Of a stretch of DNA of 64,000 nt, positions 52,200 through 64,000 are shown piece by piece; the stretch's first letter is position 1, and each line of letters starts with the position of its first letter. The notes beneath the pieces are model-generated. The model was not told the DNA's origin. It ran no database searches and was given only the letters and a program-made list of their open reading frames with translations. Origin of the DNA: Octopus sinensis (taxonomy: Eukaryota). Made by a program: the position numbers and the translations under genes. The stretch spans positions 202,492,001 through 202,556,000 of the forward strand of contig NC_042998.1 of assembly GCF_006345805.1 (NCBI RefSeq), in the 5' to 3' direction.

Positions 52200-54010
52200 A
52201 CGCCTTATTTAATTTTATATTGTACTGGCTCTGTTTATGTCCATTTTCTAATGTCGCGGAGGCATATAAATTGAGTTGGTCTTTGCATCCATATGAGCTT
52301 CGTCGGCAACCTTTTTGTTCAGTGGCGAAATTATCGTCCTCTTCCATAAATTTCTATGCTTTCTCCAAGAGGATGGATGTTAAAATTTTATACGTGGTAG
52401 ACACACATGTTATGGAAATTTGGTTTCATTATTCTTCGGAGTAGGTAAGTAATACCTCTTCCTAACCAATCAGGTGTTTTCGTAAGATGTCTCATAATTT
52501 TATTGCATAACTGTACTAACTTTTCGTGCGTGCACGGAAGTGAGGCGAGCCAGAAATTAGGCATCCTCTCATTACCAGGAGATTTCCACTTATGAACCTT
52601 CGTGTGTGTCATTCTTGGTTCTGCTATTGGGATGTTTTCCCATGCATGTTCTGGTAAGATTTGTTAGGATCCTTCTGTGCGTCTAATCCAGTCAGCATTT
52701 TCATTGTAAGTCTCTTCACCGCTTCAGATATTTTTCCAGACGTTCTCAACTTCTTCTATGGCAGGAGGGTCTTCCGTTATTTTCTCCTTCCTTATTTCTC
52801 CGTTGAATGTTTTCGCATTGCATGTGAACAGCCTATTTTGCTTGTAAAATTTGTTTCTTTTTTCAAATCTTCGTATTCTTCCAGCTTTTGCTTGGATTAT
52901 TTTTTGCAGTATTTCATTTGCTAAAACCACTTTTTCTCTTGGTGAGAATCTGTTTTCTCTGCATCTTTCTTCCTTTAATGGTTTTTACATTGTTTCCACA
53001 AATTAGTTCACTCAATATTGATATTTCACCTCTCATTATTTCAATCTCTTTTTCAATTTTAATTTTCTAGTTTCGAATTCTTCTCAGGTCTGTATTTCTA
53101 TTGTTTTTTTTTCAGAGGCATACAACTGGTTACAATTGTCTCAGCCGTTGCGCAAAAAATTTCATTTAATTCAGTGAGATCTGGTTTTAGTTCCTGTATA
53201 ATTTCGTTGGTTACATAGTTTCTACTTTTAATATGTTTTCTATTGTGGATTGTATTTGAGAGCTTATGAAGTGGTTCTCTATCATGCATGTTGGCGTGTC
53301 TTACAACTGCAAGCTTAATCAGGATTTCTGCTTCAGTTCTATCATAAACTCTCTATGTTCTTCAGTAATAGTGTAGTCTTCAAATATTGTTTCTTTATCA
53401 CTTTCCCCGTTGTTTTTATCAGCTTCATTATAATTTATTTCTCCAGACATCTTCGTGTTCTGATTAGATGGTATTCTTTCAATTGAGACACATGGAGAGT
53501 TGCTCTCTTCGTCTGGTTCTTCATTTCCCTTTTATCTTATATCTAAGCCATTTTCCGCTGCGTATCTGTTCGCGGTTATTTCACTATCTGTGAATCTTTT
53601 ATTTATGAAGATATCCCTCCTAACATTTACTTACTTGTTTTCGTCCAAATATAGTCTACTCTCTTGATTCCGTGTTCTCCATATTTCATAAGAATGTGCG
53701 TTGTGTTTCTCTTCAGATGGCCTTCCTAATGCATAGTAACAGGCATATATTACTTCCGTATTCTGGGTCCATTTGATCCTCTTACATTTTGTTTTCTGTG
53801 GGGAGCCTGGTGGTGGACTTGGAGGGCTCGCGTTGGGGCAGTTTCCGTTCAAGTGAACATCAATGTTCGTATTCAGAAACGAGTTTGTGCTAGTGGATGA
53901 CATTTCGAACACAGGCTGCCTCTTACCTGTGGGAAGCACCTGCAGATTAACCATAGGACAAGAGATTTGGTGTAATGTTTTACTTTTCCTTTTTGCTTCG
54001 TTAGCCATAT
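52200..54010 (-). mobile_element. R4/Dong-clade element, N-terminus to start of RT (pseudogenised)
   Basis: KCKRIKWTQN..CYYA; KAGRIRRFEKRNKFYKQNRLF; PGNERMPNFWL; PDWLGRGITYL; EQKGCRRSSYGCKDQL. Confidence 0.88.
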
Positions 54011-54320
54011 TTGTGCTACATTAAAGAATTAGTATTGAACCCTGTTTTGTGGCATATGTAGAGACGGTTGTTGTCTCTGCCATTAATGTCAACTCCGCTG
54101 TTATTCCTTTTTCAGTTACTTTAACCTTGTTTTTACAGCATTGCTCATCGTTAGTTACCACCAATAGTTTCTTGACTTGTATCGTTGTGATTAACCTTTC
54201 TAGCCATAGTGACAATATAACCGTTTTTATTTAAATCTGACATCTTTGCTACTACTACTGTATAGTATTATTAAATGTTGTTTAGTTTCAACTTTTGCCT
54301 TGTACTTGAGATAATTATAA

Positions 54321-54372
<52 letters not shown>

Positions 54373-54426
54373 TATTATTGTTGGTGTTGTTATTATTATT
54401 ATTAGTAGTAGTAGTAGTATCATTAT

Positions 54427-55000
54427 TGAGTGAGAGAGCAGTGCATGCCATCAAAGTGACACAGGGGTAAAATATACGAAGCCCAATATACCCATCATGA
54501 CTACCCGTCTGATAAGGGTACCCCAGGCACATGGATCACAACCATATGTACATGACATGGTGATCTCATATCACAATAAACAGCGCATGACCTTGCAGGT
54601 GGGGTCCAGTTAGAATTTTCTTCTGGTTGAGTAACCCATTCCGCTCAAAAGGTCTCTGAATAAGGGCTGTTTAAGGATGTTGAACGAAATACCCATGTTT
54701 CTAGAGGTGAATTATTCAAACCCCAAAGAATCCCTCTTAACACATGCCTATGATGCTTCCTCACTACTTCTGCTCGTGATCAGAGATGCACATATCGTCA
54801 GCCACTAAGGGACATGCTCAACTGGTTAAGGTCAAACAACTGACAAGCAAATCTGTGGTATTGAGCAGAATATTTGCTGTAGCCCATCTTTTATACTAAG
54901 ACAAAACAATGTACATGATAACACTGCCAATCAGTTATGATCAGAAGACACGAGAACCACTGCCTGGTAATGCACCAGGGCATGCGAGAGCCACTGCTTA
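54427..55000. mobile_element. ~570-bp ORF-less unique segment, probable repeat element, bracketed by (TAT)n tracts
   Basis: Non-simple sequence between (ATT)n 54320-54400 and (TGT/TAT)n 55001-55075; family membership recalled, not verifiable here. Confidence 0.45.
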
Positions 55001-55013
55001 GTTGTTGTTGTTG

Positions 55014-55074
<61 letters not shown>

Positions 55075-55075
<1 letters not shown>

Positions 55076-55200
55076 TTATGTTTGACTTTTGCTTAACGTT
55101 TGTACAAGTTGTCTCCAAGTCTCACCCAAAGACCTCAAGAGACAACAGGTTAGAAGCTCAAGCTGGTGTTATGCCTAGAGTGCCATATATATGATTTTGT
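55075..55200 (-). mobile_element. Probable R4/Dong-type 3' end followed by (TAA)n
   Basis: GGGTGAGACTTGG..AAAAGTCAAACATAAAA running into TAA repeats on -. Confidence 0.45.
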
Positions 55201-55229
55201 GCATGGTGTTGTTCTAGAGAATGTTTAAG

Positions 55230-55800
55230 AAAGCATAAGAAAATTATGTGCTTGTTTTAATACTTGAGATTAGATAGAAAGTATTTTCAGTCCCTCCCAA
55301 TAGCTGACATGTTGCGTTGAGATGAGCTTGTTCGTGTAACTTCGCTGGTACCCCTCGAGTTCTGTCGCTAATTGTGCCCTGTTTGGTGACAACAGTTGCG
55401 AGCAGCAATTCAGGGGGCTCAGGACGAATTTCCTCCAGAGGATCATCATGGTTTCCTATTCTTTCGTTTTGAAGTTCTAAAAATTCATCCAGTCAACCAT
55501 CTGCATTTTATTACCAGCTTTGTAATATGCACCAGGAAAGATGAATCATTACTCATGTCGATGCCTGGGTTGCGCACTGATTTTGATTCCGGGGTTCCTG
55601 AGCTAGTGTACTCTGCTTTCCATTGAGCTTCGTGTGTTGGTAGCGCAGGGCTTGGAATCTTACATCATTAAACTGCATGTTATTTCCTCAGCCTACCTGC
55701 ATATTGAATCCAACTCCCATTACAGATACGCATTCCTTTTCCAGTAGTCTATAACCACTGGGGGATTTTTATATCGTCTGCATAGCTAGCAATTGTAGCC
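55230..55800 (-). mobile_element. CR1-group LINE, RT C-terminal fragment
   Basis: IASYADDIKI, EENNMQFN, ELEGYQRSYT, SYWEGLKIL. Confidence 0.82.
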
Positions 55801-56112
55801 ACCTATATGTATATATGTTTTATATATATATATATATACACATAGACATATATCTATATATACACACACACATATATATACATATATACATACATATACA
55901 CACACACGCACACACACACCTACACACATACTTACATATATATATATATATATATATGTACCGAAGTTATTCTTTTTGCTTATTTTGACTATAACCACCC
56001 CATGGATTTATATGGATAACACCATACAGAATTCTGGTGCATCTAACTTAAGTACCATATTCATTTGAATCTAAATTTTGCTGAACTTATATATAAATAT
56101 ATATATATATTT

Positions 56113-56144
<32 letters not shown>

Positions 56145-56153
56145 GTATGTATG

Positions 56154-56186
<33 letters not shown>

Positions 56187-56191
56187 GCAAA

Positions 56192-56224
<33 letters not shown>

Positions 56225-57272
56225 GTATTTGTATATATATATATATATGTATATATACACATATATATATATATATAATGTACTGTTCCATGATGATATG
56301 ATTAACAAAAGAAAAACTCCATCTGGTGAGAGATAAATATAATTTAATAGAGTCTACATGTTTTTATGTGATACTAATAGTTTCATATGTTGAGTGATAT
56401 CTCTAACATAGTCATCGGGCACAAAATGCAAATCATAACAAGCTAAAAATTGAATGAGAGAAAAAAATACGAAAAGTTGAGAAGGAATCATTTACAAGAC
56501 GTGGCAGGTTAAGAAACATAACAGCGAAAAAGTAAAGAAGGTAAAAGAGTTATTCTTCTTAGACATTTAGTTATCAGCCTGAAAAATATCACGTTAATCA
56601 GGTATACTCGGAATTTTCCAATTCTTCAAAAAATATTTAGACATATGTTTACGACCGCTGAAAATTTCAGGCCTAGAGTTCAGTAAGGAGTAAGGGATCT
56701 TAGATGTGAAAAGGATCTGAGCTCTTTCAGCTAAACATAACTTTCATTTATTTCATCCATTAACATAAGGTGTGGAGTTTTCTATTATTTTACACTTAAT
56801 CACATGTGGGGTTGTATTAAATTTCAAACGCCACACGTGGCTAGCCAACTTAGTAGCTTTGTTTTTGCCTTTATCTCGGAAAGATGCTATGTGATTGGCA
56901 TGGCGATTTTTAAATTCCCCTTCACATAATCCAATATTGGTTTTCTAATCTGTTGTGTTATCATTTAGAGCTGCAGTAACTTCTGCCGCATATATGACAG
57001 ATTTAATCATATATCGTTGGTCAAGTGGACAGGACCCCGGTTCTTGAGAGTTACAGATGGATTTAGGCTCTTGATATTGACCTCGTATAATGACACTCTT
57101 TATATTGGGGCAGTAGCTATATAATTTCACAGAACGCATATTAAGTATTTTCTTGTATCAGTGAGTTACTGGAAAGTGTCTGGGAGAGATAGGAATCTAT
57201 GTTAGTTTTACATAAAGGCAAAAGAGAGGGGCGAACTAAATAATATTCCCTGACTTAGTTTTAGGTCTATGA

Positions 57273-57329
<57 letters not shown>

Positions 57330-57343
57330 TATTATTATTATTA

Positions 57344-57390
<47 letters not shown>

Positions 57391-57393
<3 letters not shown>

Positions 57394-58280
57394 TAGTTTT
57401 ATTTTTATAGCATGCTTTCACTTCACTACCGAGCGCAGTTCTGTGTGCCTTGGGTATGAGCTGTGGTTTGCTGTGATGCTCTGATGCTTACTGTATTTTT
57501 TAGAGTGTTTTGCGTAGGATGTGTGCAGTGGCCAGTAGTGCAATTTTCTGTATGTTGTATACATTTGTAAGTGCTGGTGTTTCTGATATGTATTGGAATA
57601 TTTTTTTATCATACCTAATGCGCCTACTATGATACAAATTATTTCTGTTTCCAGGTCTTTGTATTTTGAAAGTTTCTCCATTTCTTTTAGAGAAACGTTG
57701 TCATCTGCTGGTATTGCTACATCAATTAGAAAGCTTTTTTTTCTTCATGATCTCTGACAACTATATCTGATCTGTTGGCCTTAATTTCTCTATCTGTGTG
57801 TATTGGCATATCCCAGAGTATGGTTGTTCTCTCGTTATCTGTGACTTTTTCTGGCGCGTGCCTATACCATCCTTTTTTCTGTTGTTCTTCCATAGTGTTG
57901 GCATAGCTTCCAGTGTATGTAGGTCCCAACTACTGTCATGTCTGTGAATATATTCTTTCTTATCCAGGACTGGGCAGCCAGAGATGATATGATTTATTGT
58001 TTCTTGTCCATTTCCACATATTATGCAGTTGCTTGGTATGTTTCTTTTCATTAAATATTTTTGGTAATTTCTGGTGGGGAGGCTTTGGTCTTCTGCTGCA
58101 ATTAAAAATCCTTCAGTCTCTGCTTTTCAATCATTGCTGGAAGTTTTCCCTATCTATTTCTTTTGCATTTAGTTTAGCCCAGTATTTGCCATTAATGTGC
58201 TTTTCTTGCCATCGTTTTATCATGGTCCGCTGCTGTTCTAGTTTTAGTTTGGATTTCATTTGTTTTACAGCTTTTGTTGT
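57391..58280 (-). mobile_element. R4/Dong-clade element, 3' end (zinc finger, RLE, 3' UTR) running into (AAT)n 57268-57390
   Basis: CIICGNGQETINHIISGCPVL..EYIHRHD; ILWDMPIHTDREIKANRSDIVV; EKLSKYKDL; IVGALGMIKK. Confidence 0.9.
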
Positions 58281-58380
58281 NNNNNNNNNNNNNNNNNNNN
58301 NNNNNNNNNNNNNNNNNNNNNNNNNNNNNNNNNNNNNNNNNNNNNNNNNNNNNNNNNNNNNNNNNNNNNNNNNNNNNNNN
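58281..58380. other. Assembly gap (100 N)
   Basis: Run of n. Confidence 1.
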
Positions 58381-58745
58381 CTTATGGCGGCTTACCCTGG
58401 ACTTTTACAGAACATCTTTCGAGACAATTCGCCTTACCTTAGTCAATCACTCCTTGCTGGTGTTAATGGAGGAACTACTTTTTAGCGATGCCTTGCTCCC
58501 CACTAGGGGCAGTCAAGTTTGAAGCGGTTGTTATCTCTTCTTTGATCAGTGGTTTGCTCATAGCATTATCGCCAAGGCTTTCTGGATCTTCTGGATCGCT
58601 TGAGCTTGGGTTCACCAAGCTTTTGCTAAAACATGATCCGTTCAGTCTTTGTGACTATAAAACGAAAACCAAACGCAGAAGGGAAGATGTCAATTTCCAA
58701 CCGATGCATCTGCTCACAACGCTTTAGATTTGGCGCAAAAAATAT
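58381..58745 (-). mobile_element. Possible decayed RTE-like C-terminal fragment
   Basis: Weak: LKRCEQMHRL..TERIMF. Confidence 0.3.
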
Positions 58746-59140
58746 CAAGTCAGACACGGTTTGAATCAGCTGGTATTTGGTGTACATTAATACACGATAT
58801 TTGGTTTGAATCTCCAGCCTTATACACACACACACACACACCCATATATATATATGTTGTATTATTATATATACATAATATATATACATGTATATATATA
58901 TATATAAATATATTATATATATATGTGTATAATATATATATTATATATATTATATATAATATTATACATATATACAGTATATATATATATATATACCATG
59001 GATTTTTTCAGTCATCGTTGGTAAATTTGTTTCACAAGGAATTTGTGTATATATATATAGAATAATAATAATAATATAATAAATAATAATAATATATAAT
59101 AATAATAATAATAATATAATAATCGATAAACCATAACAAT

Positions 59141-59200
59141 TATAGCCGACGAGAATGTATCGTTGCTCCTCGCTCCGACATTGAAACTCTGATTACTATA
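59141..59200 (+). ncRNA. Degenerate hammerhead motif
   Basis: TATAG CCGACGA GAATGT..ACATT GAAA CTCTGA TTA CTATA; U4>C, a one-base deletion in stem II and a helix III mismatch. Confidence 0.4.
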
Positions 59201-59870
59201 TGACAACCTTTTTACATTTTGTTTCTAAATAGTGACACACACACACACACACACCCAGACACAGACACACACAGACCCAGCACACACACACACACAATTA
59301 TATATATATAAATATATATTATATATATATATACATATATATTAGTATATAGAGTTAGAGAGAGAGAGTGGTGTGAGGGGAGAGATTTGCTAGTCCATTC
59401 TGAAATGTTTAAAAATCGTGTAAAGACAGATGGTTTCGAAAACAGAGTCTTAACAAGATTTGATGTCACACATTTTAATTCATTTGTATTTGTACTTGTT
59501 TGTTCAAATACATGTCTGTTAGACGAAAACATCTCATGTGGACATAGCATAAGGTCTAGAGCGTTTCAGAGTATGAATAAGATATAAGTGACTGAATATG
59601 TCTGAATACGTGAAATGTATCAGACTTGTAGTAAAAGTATTATGTCAGTAATTTACTAGGTTGGTATCTTAGGAATAAATCTGTGTCTATATCTCTTAAT
59701 ATGGCTTGCTCAAATACAAGGTGACCTGGTGTGATTACTTGCAGCACAGTGAACTCCGCTAAAGATATCTAGGGACATATAAGTCTTGAAACAGTATGGG
59801 ACGGACACAGTTTAACAACCATATACGTTATGACGATATTTAAACTCAGAACAAAAAGAACCATAACACA

Positions 59871-60285
59871 TACCTATTTCTTTACTGCCCACAAGGGGCT
59901 AAACACAGAGGGGAAAAACAAGGACTGTCAAACGGATTAAGTCGATTGAATCGACCCCAGTGCGTAACTGGTACTTATTTAATCGACCCCGAAAGGATGA
60001 AAGGCAAAGTCGACCTCGGCGGAATTTGAACTCAGAACATAAAGACAGACGAAATACCTATTTCTTTACTACCCACAAGGGGCTAAACACAGAGGGGACA
60101 AACAAGAACGGACAAACGGATTAAGTCGATTACATCGACCCCAGTGCGTAACTCGTACTTATTTAATCGACCCCGAAAGGTTAAAGGCAAAGTCGACCTC
60201 GGCGGAATTTGAACTAAGAACGTAACGGCAGACGGAATACCGCGAAGCATTTCGCCTAGCGTGCTAACAATTCTGCCAGCTCGCC
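59871..60285 (-). mobile_element. Tandem S1 SINE pair (full copy 60055-60285; 5'-truncated copy 59871-60054)
   Basis: The junction shares ATACC microhomology. Confidence 0.88.
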
Positions 60286-60653
60286 AGAACACATACCGCA
60301 AAGCAAACGGTTCGACATTCTAACACTTCCACCAATACATCGAACACAAATAGCACTGCCAATTTATTTATAGTATATGATTACATATGAAATAGCGAAA
60401 GAACTATTCGTCGCGATTTGTCCCCGGTTCGATTGAAATACGTGATGCTGATAAGCAGGAAAATAACGAAATATAGGTAACCATCACTTCTGAATTCAAA
60501 CCTTGATGCGGTGCATCACCTGACCATGAACGTCAGATGTTTTAACTTTAAACGCATAGCGTTATGAGAGAGTCGTGTCCAAACGGTATACGTCACTGAA
60601 TCCCGGGAGCAAGAAAAATATGGACATCGTGTATATGCCATATATATTAGGTG

Positions 60654-60832
60654 TCTCTTACTTGTTTCAGTCATGCTGGAGCAACACTTTTAGACGAACG
60701 AATTGACTCCAGGACTTATTCTTTGTGAGCCGAGTATTTATTTTATCGGTTCTTTGGCCGAACCGCTAAGTTACGAGGGAGTAAACACACCAACATCAAT
60801 TTGTCTAGCAATGGTGGTGGGACGAAAAACAG

Positions 60833-60863
<31 letters not shown>

Positions 60864-60894
60864 TCACACACATACGCACACACACACACAAATG

Positions 60895-60951
<57 letters not shown>

Positions 60952-61031
60952 AATATATATACGACGGGCTTCATTTGATTTCCATCTACCAATCATTCAC
61001 AAGGCTTAAGTCAACCCGAGGCTATAGCAGA
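60654..61031 (-). mobile_element. S2 SINE, 5'-truncated
   Basis: 3' domain, CA/TA internal repeat and partial CORE-like domain. Confidence 0.85.
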
Positions 61032-61149
61032 ATACATACACACAAACACAGACAAAGAATACGAGAGCAAGACAGATTGATAGATACATAGATAGATATA
61101 TGTGTGCATGTATACATAAATACATACACACCCACGTGTGTGTGTGATT

Positions 61150-61552
61150 GTGTTTGTACAGATACATGTATGTGTTTGTAATCAATATATGTATATGTAT
61201 ATGCGTATATTTGTGCATATATGTGTGTTTGTTTCAGTATACATATACACATATTTATATATACTTATATGAGTATGTTTAATTTTGTATATACATACGC
61301 ACACATACACAGACAGAGACACACACATATATATATACATATAATACATATATGTAAGTAAATATGTATGTGTTTCTATACATATATATGTATACATATA
61401 TATATATACTACACACATATATATACATATATATATATATATTATATATATATATATATAATATATATACATATATATATAATAATATATATATATATAT
61501 ATACCTATATACATATATATATATACATATTACATACATATATATATATAAC

Positions 61553-61611
<59 letters not shown>

Positions 61612-62179
61612 CTGTGTATGTATATATATATATACATATGTGTGTGTGCATATGTAAAAACTTATACACGCATGCAGTAATCTTACGGTATATGTGTGTG
61701 GATGTTTGTAAGTATGGGAAATGTGTCAGATATTTCTATATAGCAAAAATCCTTGACAACAGGTTTGTTGTGTTACTTTAAGAACCCCTGGGTCCTCAGC
61801 TAGGAACAAATTAATATAACTTTGTGAAATGTGTGTTATTTAATCAATCACCATCACTCCCACTGGTAAAGGAAACAAGGTGGTGTATGTTATATTTTCA
61901 ATGCTGCAGGGTGCTCCTCAATACATACGCACATCATGTGTGTATACTATATATACATCCGCACACTTATACAAATAATTTATTATATATTATATATTAT
62001 ATATATATATATATTTATATTATATATATATATATATACATATATATATAATATATTATATTATATATATATATATATGTATGTATGTATGTATGTGTGT
62101 GTGTGCTATCTACTATCTATCTATATTATATATATATCTATATACATATATATATAATGTATATATTATATATATAGAC

Positions 62180-62247
<68 letters not shown>

Positions 62248-62330
62248 TATCTATATATATCACATATATATATTATATATTATACATACATGCGTACACG
62301 CATATACCCGCATTTACAATATGTATGTTT
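61150..62330. repeat. Extended (TA)n/(TG)n low-complexity tracts with a short unique interval 61640-61960
   Basis: Direct inspection. Confidence 0.9.
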
Positions 62331-62781
62331 GAGCTTATGCTTGCGTATGTATTTGTATGTGTGCATTTGTGTGTTGGTATCTGCAGATACCACGATGTTT
62401 TTTGAGGGGGTCTTTTTTGTTGGATTTTCGTTTTTTTTTTCCTTTTTTCGTTTTTTGGCTGGGGGGGGGGCTAGTTTGTAATAGTCATTTTCTTTCTTGT
62501 AGTCATTTTCTTTCATTGTATTTTTTTTTTTTGATTATTTCTTTATGTAATTTTCTTTGGGCGGTTTTTGTTGTTTATTTCTCTTTGCGTTCCGTTGTTT
62601 TAATTATTAATATAAGTGTTCAATTAGATTATTAGTTTCATGAATATATTGAGATGAAATGGAATTGCTGTCATGTGATTTCGTCCAGTTATCTTGTTTT
62701 TTTTTGTGTGTGTGTATTCTTAGATTTATTTTATTCTATATTTTTTTCTTTGCTATGTATGCTCTTGTTTATTATTGCTAA

Positions 62782-62816
<35 letters not shown>

Positions 62817-63720
62817 CACATACACACATACACACATGCCACATATATACACACATACATGTAGGCACGCACATGTACACGCACACCACATATATATTGT
62901 ATGTAGATGTCCTTTTGTTGTTGTCATTCTACATATGTTTTATTACGGTTGTGCGTGTCATGGAGGGGGCTATTTTCATTCTATTAATACGTCACTCTAC
63001 GCTGTAGAAGACTTCTATATTGGCTTGGCGTCAAAGTTATATCGCCTAATGAGTTTTGTATCGGAGACCAAGTTATAATTAAATGTTATTGAAGAGGAAA
63101 GAAAATCTATGTTATTTAGTAGTATTATTAGAGACTAGATAGTAAGGTAGTTATGAAGCTGGAGCCGTTTGGGGATGGTTGAATGTTTTAGGTTTCCATA
63201 GGATAAACGAACAGCTGAAACGGAAGTAATATGGCGGAATTCATCTTGATATTTCTCGCTGAAATATCTCTCGTTAAAACCTTTTCATTATATCGCTATT
63301 CTTATGTTGATGTTCTTCTGTGTATTGATCCCACAAGCAAATCATTCAATTAAAGATATGGAAACTGCTAGAAATGCATAGAAATGTCAATGAAATTAAG
63401 GTGCTGTACCCTCATATATCATGTTGGTTTTATTTATTTATTCGTGAAGTCTATTATTGGAAATCTAAAATTTCGTTATCACCTTACATAGTTGACCTTG
63501 AAGATTTGCTTCCTATGCGTTATATATTTTCTCCTCCCAGTATTGTATTTGAACGCTATTAACACTTGTTGATAATTGTTCTGGTCAAATGTATCCCAGC
63601 AAGATCAATCTGTTTTCCTCCTTTTCTCATAGCATAGATATTTTTTTATCATCGCTCCTGAATGTTTCTCTGTAATATCTATTCGTTATTTCTGTCCTGT
63701 TTGCATCGAAACATTCTTAT

Positions 63721-64000
63721 TTACTCTTTACTCTTTTTACTCTTTTTACTTGTTTCAGTCATTTGATTGCGGCCATGCTGGGGCACCGCCTTTAGTCGAG
63801 TAACTCGACCCCGGGACTTATTCTTTTTGTAAGCCCAGTACTTATTCTATCGGTCTCTTTTTGCCGAACCGCTAAGTGACGGGGCCGTAAACACACCAGC
63901 ATCGGTTGTCAAGCAATACTAGGGGAACAAACACAGACACACAAACACACACACACATATATATATATACATATAAATGACAGGCTTCTTTCAGTTTCCG
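63721..64000 (-). mobile_element. S2 SINE, running off the window end
   Basis: (CTCTTTTTA)n tail, TTTCAGTCATTTGA.TGCGGCCATGCTGG and GACAGGCTTCTTTCAGTTTCCG. Confidence 0.9.

Overview
Eukaryotic, AT-rich, microsatellite-dense non-coding DNA. The SINE families and LINE relics strongly suggest an octopus (coleoid cephalopod) genome; this is inferred, not database-confirmed. I find no intact host protein-coding gene, and nearly all ORFs in the track are translations of simple repeats. The window is a patchwork of decayed non-LTR retrotransposons (RTE/BovB-like, CR1-like, R4/Dong, HERO, Tx1/L1-like), Penelope-like element (PLE) fragments, three tRNA-headed SINE families, a TTAA-flanked MITE with a nested Helitron-like insert, and a 100-N gap. 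The most striking signal is a set of hammerhead ribozyme (HHR) motifs from several unrelated families, three of them in fold-back (inverted-repeat) elements. The best case (3562-3936) is a near-perfect 176-bp inverted repeat carrying an intact type I HHR on each strand, both reading outward from a 23-nt centre. A second notable observation is a ~103-nt SINE body that is joined to two different SINE tails and also to the leader of a Tx1-like LINE ORF1.
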